Source: an uncultured bacterium (GTDB lineage Bacteria > Actinomycetota > Acidimicrobiia > Spongiisociales > UBA5794). Taken from it: a stretch of 64,000 nt of DNA. Below the pieces are notes generated by a model. It was not told the origin of the DNA. It did no database searches and worked only from the letters and a program-made list of their open reading frames with translations. The stretch lies in contig CAWDDT010000009.1 in the NCBI GenBank assembly GCA_963801165.1, positions 96,001-160,000 on the forward strand. The letters are read 5' to 3'. Below, piece after piece: positions 17,053 to 26,816 of this stretch. The stretch's first letter is position 1; every line of letters begins with the position of its first letter. Both the position numbers and the translations under genes were made by a program.

Positions 17053-18051
17053 TTAGAAGAGTCGGGGGCGGTACAGGTGGTCGTGGGTGTGGATTGCAAA
17101 GCGATCTGTCATGCCGGCGACATAGTCGATGACCTGGGTGAGTGTGTCGGCCTCGTTGTGGCGGTAGCTGTCGGGGATCTCGGTCGGGTAGGTGACGAAG
17201 TAGTTGACCAGATCCCTGACGATTCCCATCGCCCGCCGGCGCTGGTTCTCGGTACCAGCGCGCAGGTACACGTTCTGAAACATGAAGTCGCGTAACTCGT
17301 TCATCACCTCGAGTGACTCACCGTCCATGGCGATGGCGCCGCGGGTGAGGGACTCGTTGACGACGGCGCGGATCATCGAGGCCACCCACTCCCCGCCCGG
17401 CTCGCCAAAACGGGCCAGCGCCGCAGTCGGCAGATCGTCCCGCTTTGTAATGCCCGCACGCATCGCGTCGCCGACATCGTGGGTCAGGTAGGCGATCCGG
17501 TCGGCAAAGCGGCAGATCCAGCCTTCGGCAGTTGCAGGTGGGGCCACGATCTTCCACGAATGAGCCCGCACCCCGTCGAGCACCTCCCACGTGAGGTTCG
17601 CCGGTTCGAGAACTTCGAATACGCGCACCCCCTGCTCTGAGTGCAGCCACTCGCCATCGACGAACTCGCTGAGCGCGTCTTCCCCCGTATGCCCGAATGG
17701 GGAGTGACCCACGTCGTGGGCAAGACATATCGCTTCTGTGAGGTCTTCGTTGAGCGACAGGTTTCTGGCGATGCTTCTGCCGATTTGAGTGACCTGCAGG
17801 GTATGGGTGAGACGGGTGACGTAGTGGTCACCCTCCGGGTTGATGAACACCTGGGTCTTGTGCTTGAGCCGGCGAAACGCCTTGGAGTGAACGATGCGGT
17901 CGCGATCACGCTGAAAGACGGTGCGGTAGGCGTCCGGTAGCTCAGGCAGCCTGCGCCCCCGTGACCCGGCCGCCCGGGTGGCCGCGGGTGCGAGCGTCTC
18001 GGTCTCGAGACGCTCGCTGTCCTCGCGGGTCCTCCTCCGGAACTCAGCCAT
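17053..18051 (-). CDS. dgt: dGTP triphosphohydrolase-like HD protein
   Basis: RTVFQRDRDRIVHSKAFRRLKHKTQVF, RLTHTL, HDVGHSPFGHTGE, DYVAGMTDRFA. Confidence 0.92.
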   Translation of the reverse strand: MAEFRRRTREDSERLETETLAPAATRAAGSRGRRLPELPDAYRTVFQRDRDRIVHSKAFRRLKHKTQVFINPEGDHYVTRLTHTLQVTQIGRSIARNLSLNEDLTEAICLAHDVGHSPFGHTGEDALSEFVDGEWLHSEQGVRVFEVLEPANLTWEVLDGVRAHSWKIVAPPATAEGWICRFADRIAYLTHDVGDAMRAGITKRDDLPTAALARFGEPGGEWVASMIRAVVNESLTRGAIAMDGESLEVMNELRDFMFQNVYLRAGTENQRRRAMGIVRDLVNYFVTYPTEIPDSYRHNEADTLTQVIDYVAGMTDRFAIHTHDHLYRPRLF

Positions 18052-18062
18052 GCGGCCGGGCC

Positions 18063-20300
18063 CTAAACGAGCCGCTCACGCAGCCGGGCGCTGATCCAGT
18101 CCATCGTCGCCACCACAATCGCGATGGCCAGCATCTGCGCCGCGGCATCACGATAGTGGAGAAGGTTGATGTTCTGCTGAAGCAGGAACCCGATACCTCC
18201 GCCGCCGGCGAATCCGATGATGGTCGACATGCGGACGTTGATGTCCCAGCGGTACATCGTGAACGACATATAGGGCGGGACGATCTGAGGCACGACACCG
18301 TAGATGATCGTCTGCATCCTGGTGGCGCCGGTGGCGCGTACCGCCTCGATCGGACCGGTTGCGATGCTCTCCACCTGTTCCGAGTAGAGCTTGGCAAGCG
18401 AGGCCGCGGTGTGCAGGGACAGGGCCAGCGAACCGGCGAACGGTCCGAAGCCGACCCACACGACGAACACGATGACCATGACCAGCGGCTCGATCGAGCG
18501 CAGGGTGTTGAACAGGGTTCGTGCCATGTAGTACACGATCATCCCGACACTCACTCCCTCCGACCGTTTTCGTCCCGCCAGGTAGAGACCGATGAGCGCT
18601 CCGACGATCATGGGGATCCAGAACGTCGGCAACGAGCTCTCGAACTCGTAGAACCAGTCGACGATGGCCCCGAGCATCACGGCGATGATCGCTCCGGCGG
18701 CTGCTGCAAGGGGCAGATTGATCGACCGGATCGCCGTCTCGGACATGTGGTCGTTGAGGGCGAACCCCAGCTTGGACCCGAAGTTCATCATCAGGCCGAT
18801 GGTGCCTGCGATGGCCAGGACCGGGAGCAGCAGTTTCCCGACCTCACCGATGATGGCGATCAAGTTCCCGATGAAGCCCAATAGCCCGAGGTGGGGCTGG
18901 ATCGCACGCCCGACATGCTGCAGCAGCGACCCGGTGACATATGTCCAAATAGCAACCACGAACCCCGACGCGATGGTGATCCCCATGGTGATGGCGCGTT
19001 CCCGGCTGGTCGGGGCCGTCGTGTCCTCCTCTCTCAGTACCGCCCGGAGTGTCATCACAAGCGCGATCGGGAGCGCGATGGCTAACAACAGGTTCAACCA
19101 ATCACTGCCGACCAGACCCGCCAACCCCCGTGCCCAGCGGCTCACCCACAGCCCGACGAACCCGCCGACCGGGATAGCCAGGAGGTTGAGGGCCAGGTTG
19201 GTCACAGTCGTCCTGATGTCACGCATCAGGTTGCGTGCCGCCATGAAGGAGAGGGGGAGTGCGATGAGCGTACCGAGGGTCGTAGCCAGGAAGGCCATGA
19301 ATACTGTCTCGATGATCTTGTCGAGAGTGTCGGTTCCGTTCTTCGAGATCCGTGGCGACAGCTCGAAAGAGTCCGTTATCGCCTGGATCGCGGTTCGCTT
19401 GCTGTTGGAAGGGTCGTACACCTGGATCTCGGCGCCGCTCAGTTCGGTGCCGGGCGGAGCCGCGATAACGACCGATCCCTCCGGTGTGACCGACGCGATC
19501 GTCAATGCGGGATCGCCGATGATTCCGGCATTCATTTGCATACCCGCGGCGGGGCCGTCGAGCGCTGTGAAGTCGCCCCCGGTGGTGATGGTCTGCACCA
19601 CAGCCTCGTGAACGACCAGGGCGAGACCGGCTCCCGGGATCCCGGCTGCCGCCGGTACCTCGAGAGTCAGTTGCCCATCGGGCCCCATCTGTTCCTCGTC
19701 GCGGACACCGTTGTTGTTGGCGTCGGTCCACACCGTCACCCGATGCAGCCACGAACCGACCTGGACGCGTGTCGTAGCTTCGATCTTTTGCGGGATGTCC
19801 GACTCCCGATTGGGGACTTCGGCGGTCGTTGCGAAGTTGCCGTCGGCGTCTGCTGTGAACGTCCCGATCCGTCTCGTCACGTCGAAATCCGAGTCGGGCC
19901 GGAATTCGATGGTGCCTTCGCTCTCGGGCTCGAAGCCGTGACCCTCGATCGTCACCGTGTCACCGGGGGCGATACAGGACGGCGTTACCAGCAGATACGT
20001 GTTCTGGCTGGTGTCGACAGGCGGGACGTCGCCACCGTCGGGGCAGGGTACGAGTACGTCCGCCGATACGATTACAGCCTCGGTGTCGTACGTTATGAGG
20101 TTGGGGTGTGCGAGCGCACGCATGATGCGCACCAGGCTCACGCGACGCTGGGCGCTCTGAATCTCAGCAAGATCTACTCTGGTCTTCTGCACGGCGACGC
20201 CGTAGAGCAGAAACACAATCAGCCCGCCCAGGATGAGTATCCGCCGCCGCCGCCGCTTTTTCGGTTTTTGGTCAGCCAACTCGCTCGGCCTCCTGCCCAT
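18063..20300 (-). CDS. phnE: PhnE/PtxC-type ABC permease with large extracytoplasmic and membrane insertions
   Basis: IIETVFMAFLAT...ARN; C-terminal RSIEPL, AKLYSEQVESI..GPIEAVRATGA, YRWDINVRMSTIIG..GGGGIG; 745 aa. Confidence 0.85.
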   Translation of the reverse strand: MGRRPSELADQKPKKRRRRRILILGGLIVFLLYGVAVQKTRVDLAEIQSAQRRVSLVRIMRALAHPNLITYDTEAVIVSADVLVPCPDGGDVPPVDTSQNTYLLVTPSCIAPGDTVTIEGHGFEPESEGTIEFRPDSDFDVTRRIGTFTADADGNFATTAEVPNRESDIPQKIEATTRVQVGSWLHRVTVWTDANNNGVRDEEQMGPDGQLTLEVPAAAGIPGAGLALVVHEAVVQTITTGGDFTALDGPAAGMQMNAGIIGDPALTIASVTPEGSVVIAAPPGTELSGAEIQVYDPSNSKRTAIQAITDSFELSPRISKNGTDTLDKIIETVFMAFLATTLGTLIALPLSFMAARNLMRDIRTTVTNLALNLLAIPVGGFVGLWVSRWARGLAGLVGSDWLNLLLAIALPIALVMTLRAVLREEDTTAPTSRERAITMGITIASGFVVAIWTYVTGSLLQHVGRAIQPHLGLLGFIGNLIAIIGEVGKLLLPVLAIAGTIGLMMNFGSKLGFALNDHMSETAIRSINLPLAAAAGAIIAVMLGAIVDWFYEFESSLPTFWIPMIVGALIGLYLAGRKRSEGVSVGMIVYYMARTLFNTLRSIEPLVMVIVFVVWVGFGPFAGSLALSLHTAASLAKLYSEQVESIATGPIEAVRATGATRMQTIIYGVVPQIVPPYMSFTMYRWDINVRMSTIIGFAGGGGIGFLLQQNINLLHYRDAAAQMLAIAIVVATMDWISARLRERLV

Positions 20301-21024
20301 AGATGTCCCGGAACTTCTCGTCGTCCAATTCCGCGGCCGTTCCCTGGAAAACGAGCCTTCCCTCGTTCAGGGCGATGACCTGCTGCGAATAGCGCTCAAC
20401 GAGGTCGAGGAAGTGGAGGCTGCAAAGGACAGTCACCCCGTCCTGCTGATTTATCTGCTCGAGGTACTGCATGATCGAGTGGGCGAGCACCGGGTCGAGG
20501 CTGGCCACCGGCTCGTCGGCCAGGATCATCTCGGGCTCCTGGATCATGGCTCTTGCGATGCCGACTCGTTGCTGTTGACCGCCGCTCAAAGCGTCGGCGC
20601 GATGGTGATCGCGGTCGATCAGACCGACCCGGTCGAGTTGCTTGCGGGCTCGGTCGTGGTCCTCCGCAGAGAAGCGGTTGAGCAGGGCGAACGCCGGGTT
20701 GGTATAGCCGAGACGACCGGCCAGCACGTTTGTCGTGACCTTGGAGCGGTTGACCAGGTTGAAGTGCTGGAAGACCATCCCAATCCTGCGCCGGATGCGG
20801 CGAAGGTCCTCTTGCGATGCGCTGGTGACGTCGACCCCGTTCCAGATGATGCGCCCCTCGGTCGGCTCGATCAACCGGTTGATGCAGCGGAGCAGGGTCG
20901 ACTTACCCGATCCGCTCAAGCCGATCACCGCGAGAAACTTGCCGTCTTCGACCTCGAAGGAGACATCATCGAGGGCGAGTGTCCCTCCCTCATAGATCTT
21001 TGTCAGGTGTTCGACTTTGAGCAC
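20272..21024 (-). CDS. phnC: Phosphonate/phosphite ABC ATP-binding protein
   Basis: GLSGSGKSTLLRCINRL, LSGGQQQRVGIARA, ADEPVASLDP, SLH. Confidence 0.92.
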   Translation of the reverse strand: MLKVEHLTKIYEGGTLALDDVSFEVEDGKFLAVIGLSGSGKSTLLRCINRLIEPTEGRIIWNGVDVTSASQEDLRRIRRRIGMVFQHFNLVNRSKVTTNVLAGRLGYTNPAFALLNRFSAEDHDRARKQLDRVGLIDRDHHRADALSGGQQQRVGIARAMIQEPEMILADEPVASLDPVLAHSIMQYLEQINQQDGVTVLCSLHFLDLVERYSQQVIALNEGRLVFQGTAAELDDEKFRDIYGQEAERVG

Positions 21025-21078
21025 AGCACCTTCCTCACGCGGCTGCGCACATTCAAGTCTGGCAAGTCGGAAAATGCC

Positions 21079-21110
21079 ATACGGGCGGGGCAGTGATGCC
21101 CCGCCCGTAT
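21079..21110. terminator. Perfect 14-bp stem-loop after phnD (terminator or mRNA stabiliser)
   Basis: atacgggcggggca-gtga-tgccccgcccgtat between the binding-protein and ATPase genes. Confidence 0.7.
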
Positions 21111-21133
21111 AGGAGCGTGAATGGGTCGTTCGT

Positions 21134-22267
21134 CTAGAAGTCTTCGAGCGAGAAGCCGAGGGCGTTCAGCAGAGCCCGGATCGAGTCGAACTCCGAGTCG
21201 CTCGTTGTCGAGACGCCGTTCCAGCTGTACGCCGCGAAGGCGGCCGCAAAACCCTCAGGATCGTTGGTGGCGAAGTCCTGCATCGCCTGGACGATCTGGT
21301 CCTCGAGATCCGACGGGAAGTCCGGACCGAAGGCCATGCCATCGTTCGGGATCTCGTCGGACAGCGTCAGGATCGCAACCTTCTGGATCACATCGGGCGC
21401 CTCGGAGGCGAGGTTGGCACGAGCGTCCTTGGGAAGAACGCCATTGCACTCGATCGCTCCGTCTGCGTTCACGGCGCACGAGTCGACATCGTCTGGATTG
21501 ATGTCGGCGTTCTCCTTGGTGCCGTCCCAGGCGACCTCGCCCTCGGTGGTCACCGGCGGGCTGTAGTAGACGGTACCGAAGTCGGCTTCGCCGTTGTAGA
21601 CCGCACGCACCGCCTCGGTGTGGCCGCCTGCCTCGAACGAGTCACCAACCTTGATACCCGACTTGGCAAACTGGCCGGAGGGGATCAGATAGCCGGACGT
21701 CGACGCCGGATCGGGATACGCCCACTTCTTGCCCGCCAGATCGAAGATGCTGGTGTAGCCGGAGTCACGCGGAACGATGTACTCGGTCCAGTAGACGTCG
21801 AATCCGAACCGCTGTGCTTTCAGCCTGATGTTGACGTTGCACAGGTCGCTGGCCAGCACGTAGCCCTGCGCCGGGATGAAGCCGATCGACTTGTCAGGCG
21901 AGGCGCACATCTCCTCGATGGTGGCCGCATAGGACGACCCGACCTTCACGTCGAATGTGAGGCCGGTGGCATCGTTGAGCGCCTTAGCGAGCAACTCGCC
22001 GCCGCTTGTGATCTCGTCGGCGCTGACCGAAGGAACGTACAGCACCTCGATTGGGTTGTCGGCGGTGCCGATGGTCGGCTCTGCCATTGCCGTTGTGGTT
22101 GTCTCTGCCATTGCCGTTGTCGTTGTCTCTGCCATGGCGGTGGTTGTGGTCGCAGCCGGTGCTGCTGTCGTGGTCGTCGACGAGCTGCTCGAATCATCGC
22201 CGCCTCCACAGGCGGCAACGAGTAGCGCGAAGACGGCAAATAACAGAGATATCTTCCGAACTGTCAT
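21134..22267 (-). CDS. phnD: PhnD-type substrate-binding lipoprotein
   Basis: Lipobox LVAA-C, Thr-rich linker, SYAATIE, DPASTSGYLIP, GGH..AV.AVYNG..D, IPND. Confidence 0.88.
   Translation of the reverse strand: MTVRKISLLFAVFALLVAACGGGDDSSSSSTTTTAAPAATTTTAMAETTTTAMAETTTTAMAEPTIGTADNPIEVLYVPSVSADEITSGGELLAKALNDATGLTFDVKVGSSYAATIEEMCASPDKSIGFIPAQGYVLASDLCNVNIRLKAQRFGFDVYWTEYIVPRDSGYTSIFDLAGKKWAYPDPASTSGYLIPSGQFAKSGIKVGDSFEAGGHTEAVRAVYNGEADFGTVYYSPPVTTEGEVAWDGTKENADINPDDVDSCAVNADGAIECNGVLPKDARANLASEAPDVIQKVAILTLSDEIPNDGMAFGPDFPSDLEDQIVQAMQDFATNDPEGFAAAFAAYSWNGVSTTSDSEFDSIRALLNALGFSLEDF
22079..22150. repeat. 3 x 24-bp tandem repeat encoding a (TTTTAMAE)3 linker
   Basis: Unit ctctgccattgccgttgtggttgt, read directly. 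Confidence 0.9.
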
Positions 22268-22416
22268 TGCGAATGTACTCCCTTTGGTTAGCCCGCGTTT
22301 GTCTCACTCGCGTGTGCCCCTAACACTAGACCCGATGACAGGTTGCGCCTATTCACTTGCCCGCGTTTTCGCGACTCTGCCCGGGGGCTTGCAACGCACC
22401 GCAGTAGGCTGCCGGA

Positions 22417-23634
22417 ATGAATCGGCTCGCGTCGCGGCGCTCCCTCATCGCCGTGTCGTTCTCACTCTTCATCATCCTGGGTGTCTCGACCGGAGTGACC
22501 GGGGTCGTGTGGCCCTCGCTACGGTCTGACTTCTCCCGACCCCTCGCGGATCTGGGGGTGCTGCTCGCCGTCGGCACCGGTGGGTACTTCCTCGCCGGGC
22601 TAACCGCCGGATGGTTGACGCGACGGTTGGGGATAGGCCGGGTCCTCATCGTCGTGCTTGCCCTCGGCTCCGGTTGTCTCGGTGGATATGTATTGGTGCA
22701 GTCGTGGCTGTTGTTGCTGGCGTGCTCGGTGGGCGTCGGCTTCGCCGGCGGCACGATCGACTCGCTGATGAATGCCTACGTCGCCCTGCGCCACGACACG
22801 AGAATGATGAATCTCCTCCACGCGTTCTTCGGGATTGGGGCGACGACCGCCCCCCTGCTGGTGACCGTGGTTCTGTCGGGCGGTTTGTCATGGAAGGTCT
22901 CGTATCTCGTCGTCGTCGCCGCCGAGCTGGCGCTTCTCGTCGCCGTGATCAGGATGCGCAGCCGGTGGCCGGATTCAGCTGCGCTGGTCCTGCCCGGAGA
23001 GGGACACCATCGACTGGGCGGTTCGGTAATCGGGCTGCTTGGCATGTTCTTTCTATATGTGGGCATCGAGATCACCGCCGGTCAATGGTCCTTCTCTGTG
23101 CTGACGGAAGGCAGACGAATCGGGGAGTTTGGCGCCGGTATCTGGGTGGCGCTGTTCTGGGGCGGGCTCACCGGGGGTCGTCTTGCTCTGGGGGTGATCG
23201 GCGACCGGTACCCCCCGCGTCGCCTCCTGCTCGTAAGCATGGCCGGGTCGGTCGCGGGTAGCGGCCTCTTCTGGCTCGATCCGCTTGGTCTCGGGGTCGT
23301 GGGATTACCGCTGCTCGGATTCAGCCTTGCCGGCATATTCCCGATCCTGGTTGCCTTGACGCCTGGTTGGGTCGGCGAGGAGAGAGCGGAGACGGTGATC
23401 GGATTTCAGATCGCCGCCGCCGCGGCGGGCACTGCTCTGATGCCATGGTTGGCGGGCCGGATCATCGCAGCAGGAGGTCTCGAGTCACTCGGCCCGTATC
23501 TCGTCGTTCTCTGCCTGGCGATGGCGAGCCTCAACTGGCTCGTCGGTGTTGTGGTGCGCCGTCAGACCGGTACGGAGCACTCTCGCTCGGCCGCCACCCG
23601 CTCCACGAGGGACACGAACTCGTCCCAGTCGTAA
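22417..23634 (+). CDS. MFS transporter
   Basis: About 12 TMs; WPSLRSDF, MNLLHAFFGIG, FFLYVGIE, FWGGLTGGR. The 3' end overlaps the convergent gene. Confidence 0.88.
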   Translation: MNRLASRRSLIAVSFSLFIILGVSTGVTGVVWPSLRSDFSRPLADLGVLLAVGTGGYFLAGLTAGWLTRRLGIGRVLIVVLALGSGCLGGYVLVQSWLLLLACSVGVGFAGGTIDSLMNAYVALRHDTRMMNLLHAFFGIGATTAPLLVTVVLSGGLSWKVSYLVVVAAELALLVAVIRMRSRWPDSAALVLPGEGHHRLGGSVIGLLGMFFLYVGIEITAGQWSFSVLTEGRRIGEFGAGIWVALFWGGLTGGRLALGVIGDRYPPRRLLLVSMAGSVAGSGLFWLDPLGLGVVGLPLLGFSLAGIFPILVALTPGWVGEERAETVIGFQIAAAAAGTALMPWLAGRIIAAGGLESLGPYLVVLCLAMASLNWLVGVVVRRQTGTEHSRSAATRSTRDTNSSQS

Positions 23635-24137
23635 ATGTCGGTGGCGCCCGGCACGGGGTCGTTCCAAGCGCGGACGTAACGACAGACGATTGCTTCCGGC
23701 CGGTGCTTCGCCAGGGCCGGGAGGGTGAAGGGAGAGTCGTCGAGGTAGAGGTCGCAGCCGACTTTCCATTTGTCGCGGAGTAGATGGACCTCGCGGGTCG
23801 GGATGTGTTGGTCGCCGATCCACTTATAGGTGTCTGCTGCCGCCCAGTCGCACTTCATCGACAGGATGACGAGGTCGTGGTCTCGAGCCAGTTCGGCGAG
23901 GGCCGCGATGGCGCCGGGGTACGGCTCGAGGTTGCGAAAGACGGTTGGACCGTTTCCGGATGCTCCCGCCCATTGCCAGAAGTCGTCCAGGTTGTCGAAG
24001 TGCGTGAGGTCGAGGGCGGCATCCCAGTGAGTGACCTGCGCCTCGGTGAGATGGGTGCCGAATTCCAGGTTGTAACGCAGCATCCATCCCCTGATGAAGT
24101 TGGCGACGACACCGTCCAGATCAATTCCGAGTCTCAT
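23562..24137 (-). CDS. 5'(3')-deoxyribonucleotidase (NT5C/HAD family)
   Basis: GIDLDGVVANF, F..L.PYPGA, YLDDSP, WN. Confidence 0.85.
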   Translation of the reverse strand: MRLGIDLDGVVANFIRGWMLRYNLEFGTHLTEAQVTHWDAALDLTHFDNLDDFWQWAGASGNGPTVFRNLEPYPGAIAALAELARDHDLVILSMKCDWAAADTYKWIGDQHIPTREVHLLRDKWKVGCDLYLDDSPFTLPALAKHRPEAIVCRYVRAWNDPVPGATDIYDWDEFVSLVERVAAERECSVPV

Positions 24138-24987
24138 GTTCGCTCTCCGTCGGCCATCCGTTTGCGAGGCATTGCCCCAAGCCCTTTGTCTGTTGCATCA
24201 TCACCGGTGCAGGCTGTCCCGCCCCGGGGCACGCCGCGTGGCCCCTGCCCAGGAAGTGACCTACCTCGTGGTTGATCAGGTACTGCCGGTACGTCGTGAG
24301 GTTTCCCCGGTAGTCATCGGTCCCCGTCTCCCATCTCATTAGGTTGATGACGACGCGATTTCCCCGACGGCACGAGTAGATGCCTGCGGTGTCGGCCGGG
24401 GAGCAGAGCCTGTCTGTGGTCGCCGGCGACGCCAGCACCAGACGCAGGTCGTAGGACTCATCGGCGACCGCTGCGAACGCGGCGCCCCAGCTTCTCGCAT
24501 CGTTGAGAATCTCGAGCACTTCACCGGCAAAGCATTCGCCGTCGATGCCGAGCCCGCGTTCTACCTCGATGCGAATCCGATAGGCCCCCTCGGGAACCGG
24601 GCCGTCGGCGGGGATGGTGTCGGTGGTGCCGGTCGGGGTCCGGGTCTCTCCGTCGGCGCAGGACCCCACCACGTCTTTCGGTGTGGTTCGAGGCGCCGGC
24701 ACCCCGTCGCAGTAGTCGCGCGCGAATGCCTCACACGGGTCGTCCGGATCCGTGGCGGCGGTGGGCACGGCAACCGCGACGCGGGCCGACGTGGGGCCCG
24801 CGACGGCATCTGGAGCGACACCATTGGGCGCGATAGGGTTTGTGGTCACCGCGACGACGGGACTAGTGAAGTCCGCAGTGTCGAGGCCAACGACGACCGT
24901 AGATGATGCTATTGAGGCGAATACTGTTGCGCCCACAATGGCTGCTCGTGCCATGCGGAGGCGCCGGGTACCCGGGGAAGCGCCCAT
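24121..24987 (-). CDS. DUF3152 domain secreted protein (HExxH)
   Basis: VERGL, LNDARSW, LASP..TD.LC, YSCR, YRQYLINHEVGHFLGRGH, APVMMQQTKG..C..N.WP. Start uncertain. Confidence 0.85.
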   Translation of the reverse strand: MGASPGTRRLRMARAAIVGATVFASIASSTVVVGLDTADFTSPVVAVTTNPIAPNGVAPDAVAGPTSARVAVAVPTAATDPDDPCEAFARDYCDGVPAPRTTPKDVVGSCADGETRTPTGTTDTIPADGPVPEGAYRIRIEVERGLGIDGECFAGEVLEILNDARSWGAAFAAVADESYDLRLVLASPATTDRLCSPADTAGIYSCRRGNRVVINLMRWETGTDDYRGNLTTYRQYLINHEVGHFLGRGHAACPGAGQPAPVMMQQTKGLGQCLANGWPTESEHETRN

Positions 24988-25069
24988 GAGGGGAAGGGTA
25001 AGCGCGAATGAATGACACGCGTGTTATTTCGCGGCGTCATGTCACCGGTGTCGGTTACCATCGCCGTCG

Positions 25070-26782
25070 ATGGAGTATCAGGCGTTATACCGCAAATACC
25101 GGCCGCAGCGGTTCGACGAGGTGGTGGGTCAAGACCACATCACGGGGACATTGGCCAGGGAAGTCGTCGACGGCAAGATCGCCCACGCCTACCTTTTTGC
25201 CGGCCCGCGTGGCACCGGCAAGACGACTACCGCACGCCTGTTGGCCAAGTCGCTCAACTGTGTCAACCGGGGCGCGGACGGCGAGCCCTGCAATGTGTGC
25301 GACTCCTGTGTTGCGGTGACCGTGGGCAACTCGCTCGACGTCATCGAGCTCGATGCCGCCTCCCACAACAAGGTCGAGGACGTGCGCGAGATCCGGGCCA
25401 ACGTGGGGACAGTCGCCGTCGCTGGTGGCGCCAAGAAGATCTACATTCTCGACGAGGCCCATATGCTGTCGCGAGCCGCGGGCAACGCCCTACTCAAGAC
25501 GCTCGAAGAGCCGCCCGAGCACGTTGTCTTCGTCCTGGCCACGACCGAGCCATACAAGCTGCTCGACACGATCCGTAGCAGGGCCCAGCGTTTCGACTTT
25601 CTCCCGGTCCCGGTCGAGGTGTTGATCGACCATCTCCAGGACATCGCCGCACGGGAGAGCTTCACGGTCGCGGCCGATGGTTTGGCGAGTGTGGCTACCC
25701 ATGCTCGGGGTTCCGTCCGCGACTCGATGAGTCTCCTCGAGCAAGTAGCGGCGCTCGGTGGTGGCACGGTCGAAGCCGAGACGGTCGTGCGGGCGCTGGG
25801 TCTCGCCGACCGCGACGCCTTCACGAGGCTTGCAGCCGCCATCGCCAATCAGAACGCACCCGCGGCGCTGACGCTCGTTGCCGAATTGGCGGCGCGTGGC
25901 GGTGACCTGCGGCGTTTCGTCGCGGAGGCGATGGCCTTCTTCCGCGGCGTGTTCCTCGCCCAGTACACCCCGAACATCGAAGAGATCGTCGACGAGCCGG
26001 TCGACGTGATCGAGGAATGGCGGCGTCAGGCCAAGACACTGTCGGCGGTGGAGGTGCTGCGGGCGGTCGATCAGCTGTCCGAGGCGCTCGTGCAGCTTCG
26101 GCAGGGCCGCGAAGAGCGTCTGGTCACAGAGCTGGCACTGATCCGGCTGACCAGACCGGAGACGGCATTTGACCCTGAGGCACTGGCGGTGCGTCTGGAG
26201 CGTCTCGAAAAGCGCGGTGCGGCCCCGCCTGCAATGCCTGCGCCGGTGACAGCGCCGGTGCCGCCTTCGAAGACGAGCACGCCGGAACCGGTTGTGGTCT
26301 CACCGCCGGCTGCAGCGGCGACTCCGCAGCAGTCGGCGCCACCGATACCGGATGTGTCTCCACCGACACCGGGAGCAGCGGCGGACGTTGACATCGCCAA
26401 GTACCAGGCGGCCTGGCCGGCGATCGCGGCCAGAATGCGCGATCTGGCTGGTCCTTCGAAACATGCTCTGCTGCTCGAGGCCAGTCCCGCCACGGTCGCC
26501 GACGGAACCGTGACCTTCGAGCTGCCGTCGCACCTGCCTTTCCATCTCGAACGGCTAAAGGTCGATACCCAGCTCCACCAGCTGTTGGCCCAGGCCTCCG
26601 CCGAGTTCGTCGGAGGGAGCCTCCGGGTCGATTTCCGCGCAAAGGGCGACCCCGTTGCCGACGGCGAACATGAGCCCGAGCGAGCTCCTGAAAAGGAAGA
26701 CCTGGACGAAGGGGACGAAGGCGCTATAGACCCGACCTCGCTGATCGTCGACATGCTCGACGGCGAGATCATCGACGAGTGA
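25070..26782 (+). CDS. dnaX: DNA polymerase III subunit gamma/tau
   Basis: YQALYRKYRPQRF, GPRGTGKTT, ELDAASH, DEAHML, LLKTLEEPP. Confidence 0.97.
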   Translation: MEYQALYRKYRPQRFDEVVGQDHITGTLAREVVDGKIAHAYLFAGPRGTGKTTTARLLAKSLNCVNRGADGEPCNVCDSCVAVTVGNSLDVIELDAASHNKVEDVREIRANVGTVAVAGGAKKIYILDEAHMLSRAAGNALLKTLEEPPEHVVFVLATTEPYKLLDTIRSRAQRFDFLPVPVEVLIDHLQDIAARESFTVAADGLASVATHARGSVRDSMSLLEQVAALGGGTVEAETVVRALGLADRDAFTRLAAAIANQNAPAALTLVAELAARGGDLRRFVAEAMAFFRGVFLAQYTPNIEEIVDEPVDVIEEWRRQAKTLSAVEVLRAVDQLSEALVQLRQGREERLVTELALIRLTRPETAFDPEALAVRLERLEKRGAAPPAMPAPVTAPVPPSKTSTPEPVVVSPPAAAATPQQSAPPIPDVSPPTPGAAADVDIAKYQAAWPAIAARMRDLAGPSKHALLLEASPATVADGTVTFELPSHLPFHLERLKVDTQLHQLLAQASAEFVGGSLRVDFRAKGDPVADGEHEPERAPEKEDLDEGDEGAIDPTSLIVDMLDGEIIDE

Positions 26783-26816
26783 ATGCGAGCCAGCCGCGTT
26801 CGTCGAGCGACTCTGC

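Noticed and set aside
22079-22150. Short tandem repeats as a possible CRISPR or contingency locus
   Set aside because: There are no spacers; these are in-frame 24-bp units encoding an ordinary Thr-rich lipoprotein linker.
23562-23634. 73-nt convergent overlap of the MFS and NT5C genes (and a 28-nt overlap at 37960-37987)
   Set aside because: Low-complexity tail overlaps are common in high-GC genomes, and nothing suggests a function.
24988-25069. SRP RNA (ffs) or tRNA often found upstream of dnaX
   Set aside because: The gap is only 82 nt, with no SRP core motif or cloverleaf visible.
26150-26400. Programmed frameshift producing the DnaX gamma subunit
   Set aside because: No A6G or poly-A slippery site is seen in the Pro/Ala linker.
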